Source: Octopus vulgaris (taxonomy: Eukaryota). From it: a stretch of DNA of 64,000 nt. A model generated the notes under the pieces. It was not told the origin of the DNA, ran no database searches, and saw nothing but the letters and a program-made list of their open reading frames with translations. Within the stretch, counting starts at the first letter, position 1. Every line of letters starts with the position of its first letter. Shown here piece after piece: positions 52,247 to 64,000 of the stretch. Where the stretch lies: assembly GCA_951406725.2 (NCBI GenBank), contig OX597831.1:28148001-28212000 (forward strand). The letters run 5' to 3'. A program made the translations under genes and the position numbers.

Positions 52247-53701
52247 CTTGCATACATTCATGTGTGTTTGTATGTGTGTCTCTCTCTATATATATAGGTG
52301 CAGGAGTTGCTATAGGCGCAGAAGTGGCTGTGTGGTAAGTGGCTTGCTTACCAACCACATAGTTCTGGGTTCAGTCCCACTGTGTGGCACCTTGGGTAAG
52401 TGTCTTCTACTATGGCCTCTGGCCAACTGAAGCCCTGTGAGTGGATTTGGTTGTCGAAAACTAAAAGAAGTCCATCATATATATATATATGTGTGTGTGT
52501 TTATATATATATATTTTATTTATTATCCTTTAGTGTTCAGTTTCTTTACTGGGATGGGTTAGGCAGGTCAACAATGTTTGACTCAATTCTATCACTTTCC
52601 TTCCTCCTCCTCCTCCTCCTCCTTCATGAGCTGGAGCATCATGTCCTGCCCTTGGTTTCTATGGCTGGATGATCTTCCTATCACCAACCACTGCAAACAA
52701 ACTGTATTGACAGGGTGCTCTTTATAAGAGGCAGTGATGATGATGTCGGCAACAACGATGGTCATGATATATGAGAGAGTTGGGGGTAGAAGTGACCAAG
52801 GTGTGGAGCTAAAGTTGGTTTGTACCCATCTGTTGTGTTGACCACTCCCCCCATCCTCACAAGTTAGATCTGGTCCAGCAGACCTATACCAGATATGCAG
52901 TTGATGGTTGCAGAGCTATGATCAAAGGTATTTTCAGATGTGCCCATAAGCATTGTCTATCTTGGATGATAATAATCTGTGTCTTTTCTTTTAAGATAGT
53001 TGTGTGAAAGTTGAGGGACATGATTTAGCTGCTCTCTTCAGTGTGTTTATCAGTCAAACAAAAGGACATGGACATGGTCCATAAATGTAGTGTTTCATAT
53101 AGTCAACTTTGTTTTTCTGTTTGTTTAAGAGATACTCTGTAGAATATTGTATTTGTAAACCTAGTCAACCCACACAAGTTTGACAAAAAAAATTTGTGCC
53201 AATGAATTAGTTATTGGTCTGTCTGTCTGTCTGTCTATCTGTGTGTGTGTTCCATGCTGAAAAAATTGTAGTCAAATGCATTGACTCCAGTGGAACTTAT
53301 GTGTTGTTAAGCCTGGTAATTATTCTATTAGTCTATTTTGCCGAACCACTAAGTTATGGGGACATAAACACAACCATCACTGGTTTTTTTTAAAGAAAAG
53401 GTGAAACTAACAATTGCAATGTCATCAATGGTCAATCCAGCTTTCGAATAAAATACCTTTGACTACATTTTCTTTTGTAGTGAGTTCTCATTCTTTGAAA
53501 TTATACACATACACACGTCGTCCCCCCCATCTATACATGTATCTCATTTCCTTTTATATCACCATTATACACACTCGTTTGGCAAGTGTTGTATATTGCA
53601 AAGGTAAATTCTTAACATACAGGGCAGAAAAAGAAAAAAAAAAAGCACTTTGTAACACACACACACACACGCACACACACACACGCACGCGCACGCACAC
53701 A

Positions 53702-53739
<38 letters not shown>

Positions 53740-54404
53740 AATGAAATTCTATGCTCTTGAGTCACAAAAGATTGAGTTCTGTGCTTCTACTTCTCAAATC
53801 AAAGACACATTCACACATGACCATGCCCATACACACACACTCACACATACACACCCACATAAAATCATTGTATGTAAGACAAATTGATATTACACAATCA
53901 CATTAAGGCATATGTGTGTCTGTGTCTGTGTGTGTGTGTGTGCGTGTGTGTGTGTATGCAATAAATTTCTGAGAATTGGGGCTTGGTTGGTTGGTTTTTC
54001 TTTTTTTCCAGAAAAAAAAAAAAAAAAGATGAAAAGAAAGAAATCACATGGGAGTGCAACTATCATATTGTCTTAGTTTCCGACATAACACGTCTGCTTT
54101 TATTCTTTTATTCTTTTATTTGTTTCAGTCATTTGACTGCGGCCATACTGGAGCACTGCCTTTAGTCAGACAGGAGTCATTCTCTGTAAGCCTAGCTAGT
54201 ACTTATTCTGTTGGTCTCTTTTGCTGAACTGCTAAGTTATGGAGACATAACCACACAGTGTATGATTTGAACCTAGGAGTTTGGGACACTGAAATAGAGA
54301 GAAAGAGAGGTAGAGAGAGAGGGGTGGGGGAGATAGATAGATTATATATAAAGAGACAGCAATCATAAAAAATTTATGGTTTTTGTAAGTTGGTCTCACA
54401 CCCA

Positions 54405-54487
54405 TTTCTCTGTTTCTTTCTCTCTCTGTCTTTCAATCTCGCTTTCTCTCTCTCTCTCTCTCCCTCTCACACACACTCACACACATA

Positions 54488-54518
<31 letters not shown>

Positions 54519-54528
54519 CACACACACA

Positions 54529-54618
<90 letters not shown>

Positions 54619-54930
54619 ATCTGTTTTGCACACACATATACTCTCTCTCACACATATTCTCTCTCATATTCTCTTTCTCTATCTCTATCACATTCTCTCT
54701 TTCTCTCTCTTACATTCTGACACTCTTACATACTCCTTTTCACATAACACACACTCTCTCTCTCCCTTTCTCTCTCTCACTCTCACACACACACACACTC
54801 TGTCACATGCTCTCTCACTCTCTCTCTCTCTGACACAACACATGCTCTCTCTCACACACACACTCACTCTCTCTCACATACACTCTCTCCCTAACATGCT
54901 CTTTCACCCTCTCTCTCTAAGATGCTCTTT
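54405..54930. repeat. (CT)n/(CA)n low-complexity tract
   Basis: Directly visible. Confidence 0.92.
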
Positions 54931-55194
54931 CTCACTTTCTCGTCATTTGCTCATAACAACACAAGACTCCTAAAACCACCAGAAAATGTGTTGTCCAAGC
55001 TACTCGGTCAACTCGCTTACCAGTGACCACTAAGCACATGTCTCTGGGACAGTGTTGCATACTCTACCTTTCTAAATCCATCTAACAACTCTCGTTGGTT
55101 AATTAGTTCCTCCAAATCAGTGAGTGTTACCTGTGTGAATGACTAGCACCTATCCAGGAAAATGTAATCTCTCATCTTTATATTCTACATCTTT

Positions 55195-55423
55195 TTATCT
55201 TTTACTTGTTTCAGTCATTGGACTGTGGCCATATTGGAGCAACTCTTTGAATAGCTCAGTCGAATAGATTAACCTGGTATTTATTTTACTTTTTAAGCCT
55301 GTTGCTTATTCTATCAGTCTCTATTGCCAAACTGCTAAGTTACAGGGATGTAAACACACCAACACTGGTTGTTGAGTGGTTGTGAAGACAAACACAAAAA
55401 TGCGCATATACACACGCGTGCGC

Positions 55424-55472
<49 letters not shown>

Positions 55473-55875
55473 TATTTGTGTGTCTGTGTTTGTCTTCCCC
55501 ACCATTGTCTGACAACTGATGTTGGTGTGTTTACGTCCCCGTAACTTAGCAGTTTAGTAATAGATACTGATAGAATAAGTATTAGGCTTATACAAAATAA
55601 GTCCTGGGGTCAATTTGTTCTACTACAGACAGTGCTCCAGCATGGCCGCAGTCAAATGACTGAAACAAGTAAAAGAATAAAAGAATATACATATATGTAT
55701 ATAAATATAAAATGAGCTTCTTTCAGTTTCCTTCAACCAAATCCACTCACAAAAGCATCGGTCAGGCTGAGGCTATAGTGAAAGACACTTGCCCAAGGTG
55801 CCACGCAGTGGAACTGAACCCAAGTCCACATGGTTGGCAAGCAAGCTTCTCAACCGCACAACCACATCTGCACCT
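55195..55875. mobile_element. Nested SINE family A copies: a minus copy with a plus-strand 3' half (~55460-55685) inside its central microsatellite
   Basis: Minus tail 55195-55400, plus tail to 55685, minus head 55715-55875. Confidence 0.7.
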
Positions 55876-56477
55876 GACCACAATCCTGTAAAATATTTCT
55901 GAAGTAATCTCTTGACACCACGAAACAATAGCTAACTCCTCACCCTCACCCTCACCAGTAGAGCTAAATTCCTTAAAGAACATCTTCCCCCAGGGGCGAG
56001 GCTTACATGTAACATTTACACTATTATTGTGTCAATACCTAATTACCCCACCCCACCGTTCTCAATCACTGTCTGCATCAAGGTTCTCCACTCCACCTTC
56101 TACCGCTAGCTTTTCTTTGTGAGCATGTGCGTATGTATACATATATTTTTATTTAATGTTCATCTCATGGTGATAATGATTTATGTACTTAGGTAAATTA
56201 CTATGTGCATATATGTGTGTGTATAATCCTCATCATTTAGCGTCTGCCTTCCATGCTAGCACAGGATATATATATATAATGTGAATATGTATGTATATAA
56301 TGTGTATATGTATGTATATATGTATGTATATAGTGTAGTTATGTATAGGTAGATGTACATTTGCATGAGTCTGTTTCCATATATATCTACACGTTTAAGT
56401 ATGTATAATCACACACACACACAGCTATCTATTGAAGTATATAAATGTATTACTCTATCTCATCTATTGACACCTGT

Positions 56478-56523
<46 letters not shown>

Positions 56524-56548
56524 TTATATATATATATATATTTGTATA

Positions 56549-56583
<35 letters not shown>

Positions 56584-57409
56584 ATACTTATATATATATA
56601 TATATATTTGTATACTTATATATATATATATAAACATATATTTGTATACTTATATATATATATATAAACATTGGGACAAAAGAAGATATATAACCTAGAT
56701 TAGATAATGTGGCTTTTTCAAACTTCAGTCTTTTTATTCAGTTCAGCACCCCCTACCCACCTATGCGTCATCACCACCCCCATCTCCACCATGTGTCGTC
56801 ACTGTCACCACCGCCACCACCGCCACCATCGCCATCACCACTTCCACTACTGCCACCCCTCCTTGTGTCACTTCCTCCACATTGATCTGTTGTTAGGTAA
56901 AAATTAGTTTGATATACACAAATAACTTCGTTTTCAGAAGACTTTATTTCTTTGTTTTGTTTTTGATTAAGAAAAGCAAATGTTTAGAGATTTTCTAAAA
57001 TGTATTTTTAAAAAAATTGTGTAGAAAAAAGTGTGTGTATATATGTTTGTGTGTGTGTATGTGTGTGACAGGTGTGTGTATTGGAAATGATTGTGACTGC
57101 TTAATACTCTGTACGTAAGAAAAAGGATAAAGAAAATGTGTATATGAGCTAAGCATGTGTGTGATTTGTGTATTGTGTACAAAAGGTGTGTATAAAAATT
57201 CTTTATGTGTGAAAAAAGCATACTGTATAAAATTGGTGTGTGTGTGTGTGTGGGGGGGTATGTGCATATGTGAGCGTGAGTGTGGGTGTGTGTAGAAATA
57301 GTGTATTAAAACTATGTTAGCAGGATTAGAAAAATTATGTCAATACAAATAATGTGTAAAATTATGTCAATAATGATAATGATAATAGCAATAATAATAA
57401 TAATAATAA

Positions 57410-57621
57410 TGGATTCAAATTTTGCCACAAGGGCAGCCATAATGGGAGAGGGAATAAGTCGAGTACATCGACCCCATTAATTGACCGGTACTTATTTTGT
57501 CAACCCCAAAAGTATGAAAGGCGAACCTGACCTTGCGGAATTTGAACTCAGTACATGACAATGGGCAAAATACCGCTAAGCATTTCATCCAGCAAGCTAT
57601 TGATTCTGCCAGCTCGCCACC

Positions 57622-57665
<44 letters not shown>

Positions 57666-58255
57666 CCTCCTCCTCCTCCTTTCTATTGTAGGCACATGTC
57701 CTGAAATTTTGTGGGATGGGTGTTGGTCAATTTTATCAACCCCCAGTCCTTGAATGGTACTTAATTTATCAACCCTGAAAGAATGAAAGGCAAATTCAAC
57801 CTGGGCAGAATTTGAAATCAGAACATAAAGAGAATAATTTCTATTGTTGGCACAAGGCCTGAAATTTTGTGGGAGTGGTGGTGGTGGTGGTGGGAGCTAG
57901 TTGATTACATGAACCCAACTACTCAGCTGGTACTTAATTTGTTGATCCCGAAAGGATTGAAAGTTGAACTCTGTAGCATTTCAACTCTGTGGCATTTCAA
58001 CTCTGCCAGCTCACCGCCTTAATAATAATAATAATAATAATCCTTTCTACTCTGGGCACAAGGCCTGAAATTTAGGTGGAGGGGCCAGTCGATTAGATCG
58101 ACCCCAGTACACAACTGGTACTTAATTTATCGACCCTGAAAGGTTGAAAGGCAAAGTCGACCTCAGTGGAATTTGAACTCAGAACGTAAAGACAGACAAA
58201 ATACCGCTTAGCATTTCACCTGGTGAGCTAATGATTCTGTCAGCTTGCCACCTTT
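57410..58255 (-). mobile_element. Head-to-tail array of four family-B SINE copies, mostly separated by (AAT)n
   Basis: Units begin at ~57420, 57685, 57845, 58050; gccagctc(g/a)cc(a/g)cctt runs into (aat)n at two junctions. Confidence 0.85.
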
Positions 58256-58399
58256 GCTTGTAACCTTAATAATAATATATATGATAATATATATAGAGTT
58301 CAGGTGCTCTGCGATTTGTTGGAAAGTAATAAAAGGGCAGAGGGGAAGGAGCAAGTAAAGAAAGACAGATGAAAACCAAAATTACATGCATTGTCCAAT

Positions 58400-58790
58400 A
58401 TCTAATGTCCAGGACTTCACTCTTGAAGGAGGAACTTGTCCTTGGACTTCTTCCACTGCTGTCTATCTATGGCCAGTTGTGGCCATATAGTCCCCATATA
58501 GCTGGTGAGATCATCTCACTATCAGGTCTTTGGTCAACCTCTTGGTTTCGTCCATTGTCTTGGTCTCCATTCTGTCACCCTGATGGTCCATCCGTTGTCC
58601 TTCAGTTGCACAATGTGGCCAGACCATCTGTATTTGTTCTCATTCATGATTCTTATGTTGACTTTCATGTGCTTTCAAATCCAGCCATTGGTTTTCTTGT
58701 CCTGCAATTTGATGCCAAACATGGTTCATTCCATTTTATGTTGGGCTACAAATGGGGGCATTCAAGATGGTAGTGTTGAGAGCCCATGTT
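58400..58790 (-). pseudogene. Decayed RTE-clade LINE ORF C-terminus (a different lineage)
   Basis: Minus strand VAQHKME*TMFGIKLQDKKTNGWI*..KYRWSGHIVQLKDNGWTIRVTEWRPRQWTKPRG*PKT. Confidence 0.8.
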
Positions 58791-59633
58791 TCACTCCCAG
58801 AAAGCATCATGCACAATTTACATGCATAGTACACAGAATGAAACACAAGAAGAAAATTAAATTCTTGTTATCTAACCCTAGGTTGAACACCCTAAGATCC
58901 CCCTAGATTAAACAGGTCTATGAATTAACCCTTTTGTTACCAACTCGGCTTAAACCAGCTCTGGCTCTGAGTACAAATGTCTTGTTTTCATAAGTTCTGA
59001 ATTAAAATCTTCCACCAAACCTTAGTCACAATTTATGTTCCTAACACTAGCTGAATGACAACGAAGTTATTTTAGTAAATTCTTTGTCACTTTAATTGAT
59101 TGTTCCCTCTTTTATGCTTCACTTGGTATTTATCATTATTGAGGGTGAGAGGCAATGAAATGGTAGGACTGTTTAACGAAGTTTCTTTGGGCTTGATGTT
59201 CCAAGTTCAAAATTCCACTGTGGTATTCTTTACCCTTTTTTTTTTACCCCTTTTGTGGTCAATAAAGTAAGTACCAATCAAGTATTGCGCTTGATGTAAA
59301 TCAACTATCCCCACCCTACCGAATTTCAGGGCTTGTGTCTGACAAAAGAAAGAATTATTATGGAGGGCAGTGTGTGTGTGTTTATGTGTTCTGGAATCCT
59401 CCAATATGTATCTGGTACTTATTGTTTGTACCATAGTATGGTTGATGGTTGCAGGTTCAGGACTTTGTACTTTTTATCCTGAGATAAAGGGGTGCCGGTA
59501 AGTAGGGTTCAGGGGAGGAGGTGGCTGATTAAATAAATTACCTCCTCTTCCCAATACTCCTCCTTCTGTGACTCTTTGTGTCTCTCATCTGAATAAATAT
59601 GTCTAACATAATCTCCAGCTGGTGTGCCTCTGT

Positions 59634-59739
<106 letters not shown>

Positions 59740-60273
59740 GTGTGTGTCTGTGTGTGTGTGTGTGTCTGTGTGTGTGAGTGAGTCTGTTTCTCCAGCTCTC
59801 ACAACAGACGCTCTCCCACTCGTTCTCATATGTACTCTCACTTCCTTTCTCACATACACATGCCTTCTCCCACTCTCTTTGAAAACGTTTCCTCCCACTC
59901 TATTAGCCTTTCTAGATATTCACACCTCCCTCTCTCTCTCTCTCTTTCTCTCTTTCATATGCACTATTGCTCTCTTTCTTTCACACTCACATGCACTTCC
60001 CTTCATGTGTATCACACTTACTCTGTCTCTCTCTCTCACATGCATGTTCTTCCTCCCCCTCTCTTACATACCTTTACTCTCTCCTCTCCTCTCTCTATCT
60101 CTTATAATGTCATAGTTGACGAAAAGTAAATCTGGATTATATTTATCCTTTTTCCTTTCACCAATATTTAATTACCAGTTTAATTACCATCGTTTAATTA
60201 CCTTGCTCTCTTTCTCGCCCTACCCATACTTCCTTTTTTGTCATCTTTGTACTTCCACATTGACAAAATAAAT

Positions 60274-60334
<61 letters not shown>

Positions 60335-60369
60335 GTCACTCATGCACATACACACGAAAATGTACTTTC

Positions 60370-60407
<38 letters not shown>

Positions 60408-60575
60408 GTAATACTGATGCTTTCCACACAAGCACATATGCTCACACTACACACCCTCATCCATTCATACACACACCTTCACTCACACAACCACATTTGC
60501 TTCCTTCTCCCCTCTCACCACCACCGCATCTATATTCACATTCATATACTTACTGCTACACACCCACGCTCTCTA

Positions 60576-60613
<38 letters not shown>

Positions 60614-60627
60614 GCACATATACATGT

Positions 60628-61133
60628 AGGTGCAGGCATGGCTGTGTAGTAAGAAGTTTGCTTCCCAACCTTATGGTTTCGGGTTCAGTCTCGCCGGATG
60701 GTACCTTGGCAAACATTTCGCCGAGGTGTAATGCTTGGGGCTTACTGAAACCTTGTGAGTGAATTTTGCTTGATGGAAACTGAAAGAAACCTATTGTATG
60801 TGTGTGTGATGTTTGTGTCTGTGTCTGTCCCACCACTGCTTGACAACCAGTGTTGGTTTGTTTACATCCCTGTAACTTGGCAGTTTGGCAAAGGAGATTG
60901 ATATAATAAGCACCAGGCTTTAAAAAGTAATACTCTTTTACTTGTTTCAGTCATTTGACTGCAGCCATGCTGGAGCACCGCCTTTAGTCGAGCAAATCGA
61001 CCCCGGGACTTATTCTTTGTAAGCCCAGTACTTATTTTATCAGTCTCTTTTGCCGAACCGCTAAGTGACGGGGACGTAAACACACCAGCATCGGTTGTCA
61101 AGCAATGCTAGGGGGACAAACACAGACACACAA

Positions 61134-61189
<56 letters not shown>

Positions 61190-61352
61190 GACAGGCTTCT
61201 TTCAGTTTCCGTCTACCAAATCCACTCACAAGGCATTGTTTGGCCCGGGGCTATAGCAGAAGACACTTGCCCAAGATGCCACGCAGTGGGACTGAACCCG
61301 GAACCATGTGGTTGGTTAGCAAGCTACTTACCACACAGCCACTCCTGTGCCT
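60628..61352. mobile_element. Tail-to-tail pair of SINE family A copies (old + copy 60628-60925, young - copy 60932-61352)
   Basis: Consensus matches in opposite orientations. Confidence 0.85.
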
Positions 61353-61434
61353 GTAATCAATTTGTGCAACTGAAAAGCACTTCAACTCAATGCCCCAGCA
61401 AGGCCACAGTGCAAAGACCTGATGTGTATAAGGA

Positions 61435-61617
61435 AAAATAAGACAAGGTAGAAAATGCTAAAATAATTTTATCATGAAGAATATTTTACTACAGGTTTCA
61501 GACATTGCGACTTTTACAACTTTTACTTTAAGTTGAAAAAGTTGCAATGACTGAAACCGGTACTAAAATGTTCTTCATGATAAAATTATTTTAGCATTTT
61601 CTACCTTGTCTTATTTT
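61435..61617. repeat. Imperfect palindrome, 88-bp arms, 7-nt loop (Penelope-like relic)
   Basis: 61435-61522 versus 61530-61617 with 6 mismatches by eye; contains GAAA-ccgg-TA. Confidence 0.9.
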
Positions 61618-61674
61618 CTTTATATATATATATCTGTCTATATTTGTATGTGTGTGTGTATATATATATATATA

Positions 61675-62318
61675 TTAGAAGGTTTGGAGATGATGTTCAG
61701 GTATTATATATTAGAAGAAATGAGGTACTCAGAAATCTGGATGGTTTTATATTTACAGATATTTATTAGTATGTTACATGTTTTTATAAATCGTATATCA
61801 TATATTAGCGCTTTCGTCCACTCTAGTGGAGTTTTCAAATTGAACTAACTTTTGCAGGAAATTTTTTTGGGGGGCAAACATGTGACATTTTTCCCCTTCC
61901 CCTGGAGTGACCAGCTGGGTTTGCCATTGCTAAAAGCCAAGAATTACTTACTATTGAAAGACTGACCAGCTGCAAAGATTATCAACAAATTTTTTCTTCT
62001 TTCTCTCCTTCTTCCTTTCCTTCTCTTTTTCTTTAACACTTCTCTCTCACTTTCTCCCCATTCATCACCCTCTTGTACTATCTTATAGCTCTCCCCACCT
62101 CTACACACTCAGTAATACTATAAAAAGAGTCAAAATTCCTGCAAAAGTTAGTTCAATTTGAAAACTCCACTAGAGTGGATGAAAGCGCTAATATATGATA
62201 TATGATTTATAAAAACATGTAACACTAATAAAAATCTGTAAATATAAAACCATCCAGATTTCTGAGTACCTCATTTCTTCTATATATAATACCTGTACAT
62301 CATCTCCAAACCTTCTAA
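61675..62318. mobile_element. Element with ~185-bp inverted arms and 275-bp spacer, inserted in (TA)n (Penelope-like architecture)
   Basis: 61675-61860 versus 62136-62318 nearly perfect reverse complements; (TA)n on both sides. Confidence 0.8.
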
Positions 62319-62568
62319 TATATATATATATATATATCTGTCTATATTTGCATGTGTGTATATATATATATATATATCTGTCTATATTTGTGTGTGTATA
62401 TATATATATACATATAATATCTCTGTCTATATTTGTGTATATATATATATATATAATATATATGTATATAATATATATATCTATATATCTGTCTATATTT
62501 GTGTATATATATATATATATATCTGTCTATATTTATATATATATATGTATGTATATAATACATATATT

Positions 62569-62599
<31 letters not shown>

Positions 62600-63428
62600 G
62601 TCTATATTTGTGTATACATCTCTATATCTATGTGTATGTGTACAACTATGTACATATGTGTATACCTCTACCACCACCACCACAGTCATCATTCCCATCA
62701 TCATCACCACCATCATCAAGTCTTCCCTCTATTAACCCAACAGTATGTCCTTGAATGTCTGTCTGTCTGTATATCTGTCAGTCTATCTGTCAGTTGTTCA
62801 GTCTGTCTGTCTGATTGCCTGTCTGCCTGTCTCTAACTGTCACATTTTTGAAAGGGTGTGGGTTACTTTTTAGCTAACTTAGCATAAGTTATGTGTATGT
62901 GTGTACGTGTATGTATACATATGTGTATATATGTGTATGTGTTTATGATATATATAATATATATATATGTACATATGTATGTATATGTGTGTGAGTATAT
63001 GTATGTATGCACGTGCGAGCGTATATGTAGTGATGCTGGAATCTGTTATTAGAATGAGTCACAGGAACTAAGTTAACCGTTATTGCTGTTGTTGTTGTTG
63101 CCCTCCACGTCACACTACCTCTCCCTACTTCTCCCTTATTCCCCCCACCCTCTTTGCACCCTTGTATACTTACATATCTGACCCCCCCCCGGGCACACAA
63201 TACAACTCCCAGTCCCCTTCACGCACATGTACACATAAACATATATGCATGTATACACACACACACACACACAACTCTATACACATGTACACGTGTTCAA
63301 ACACACATGCACACATGCAAGGATATGTACACACTAACCTTCATACATATACGTACATACACACATACATACATACACACACACACACACTAACACGTAT
63401 ATATGTACTCACACATAAACACACTGAT

Positions 63429-63467
<39 letters not shown>

Positions 63468-63737
63468 GCTGTGCAGCAGGGTAAATATATCAAGACTTGG
63501 GGGCTGCTAGATGAGGCGGGGGGGGGGGGAGAAAAGGATATGATTGTTGTTGCTGTTTACCCCCAAAAGCAATCCAGTGGTGACCATCCCATTACATATT
63601 TTCTTACACACAAGGGAACATAGAAGAACATTACTCAACATGTGAGAGGGTGAGATGTAATTTGAGTGAGATTTGGCTGCTGTTTCATGCAGATTGTGTG
63701 ACCACATACTGGTTTCTTCATTAGATTAAAGTATTCA

Positions 63738-63962
63738 TTTCTTTACTGCCCATAAGGGGCTATACACAGAGGGGACAAACAAGGACAAACAAACGGATTG
63801 AGTCGATTACATCGACCCCAGTGCGTAACCGGTTCTTATCGACCCCGAAAGGATGAAAGGCAAAGTCGACCTTGGCGGAATTTGAACTCAGAACGTAACG
63901 GCAGACGAAATACGGTTACGCATTTCGCCCGGCGTGCTAACGTTTCTGCCAGCTCGCCGCCT
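63738..63962 (-). mobile_element. SINE family B, young copy
   Basis: Consensus match; CpG-rich. Confidence 0.9.
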
Positions 63963-64000
63963 AGTATTACCATATTGGTAGGGTACCAATAAATGCTTTA

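Noticed and set aside
58369-58906. Two ~134-aa plus-strand ORFs with complex sequence
   Set aside because: Antisense shadows of the minus-strand RTE relic
63050-63115. AP-1 (TGAGTCA) and CRE half-site cluster
   Set aside because: Short motifs are expected by chance in 64 kb; no independent support

Overview
AT-rich eukaryotic (animal) DNA, very dense in microsatellites, tRNA-derived SINEs, RTE LINE relics and DNA-transposon remnants. The repeat landscape fits a coleoid cephalopod (octopus) genome best; this is an inference. The only convincing host coding sequence is a first coding exon at 7668-7968 (+), encoding a WAVE-homology domain (NHS/NHSL/GUK-holder-like) and ending at a phase-1 GTAAGT donor. 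I found no second exon, so the remaining ~56 kb appears to be one giant first intron. The window holds a full-length decayed mariner, Helitron- and Helentron-type non-autonomous elements, TTAA-flanked MITEs, RTE fragments and many SINE copies. Its most unusual content is a set of long inverted repeats, including a perfect 195-bp-arm hairpin, and short fragments with hammerhead-ribozyme-like motifs of the kind carried by Penelope-like elements. Nearly all other ORFs in the track are microsatellite or SINE artefacts. There is no CRISPR array, rRNA or real tRNA gene. I cannot show a new biological system from sequence alone; the ribozyme-like relics and hairpins are the best leads. Repeat boundaries are by-eye estimates unless exact motifs are quoted.
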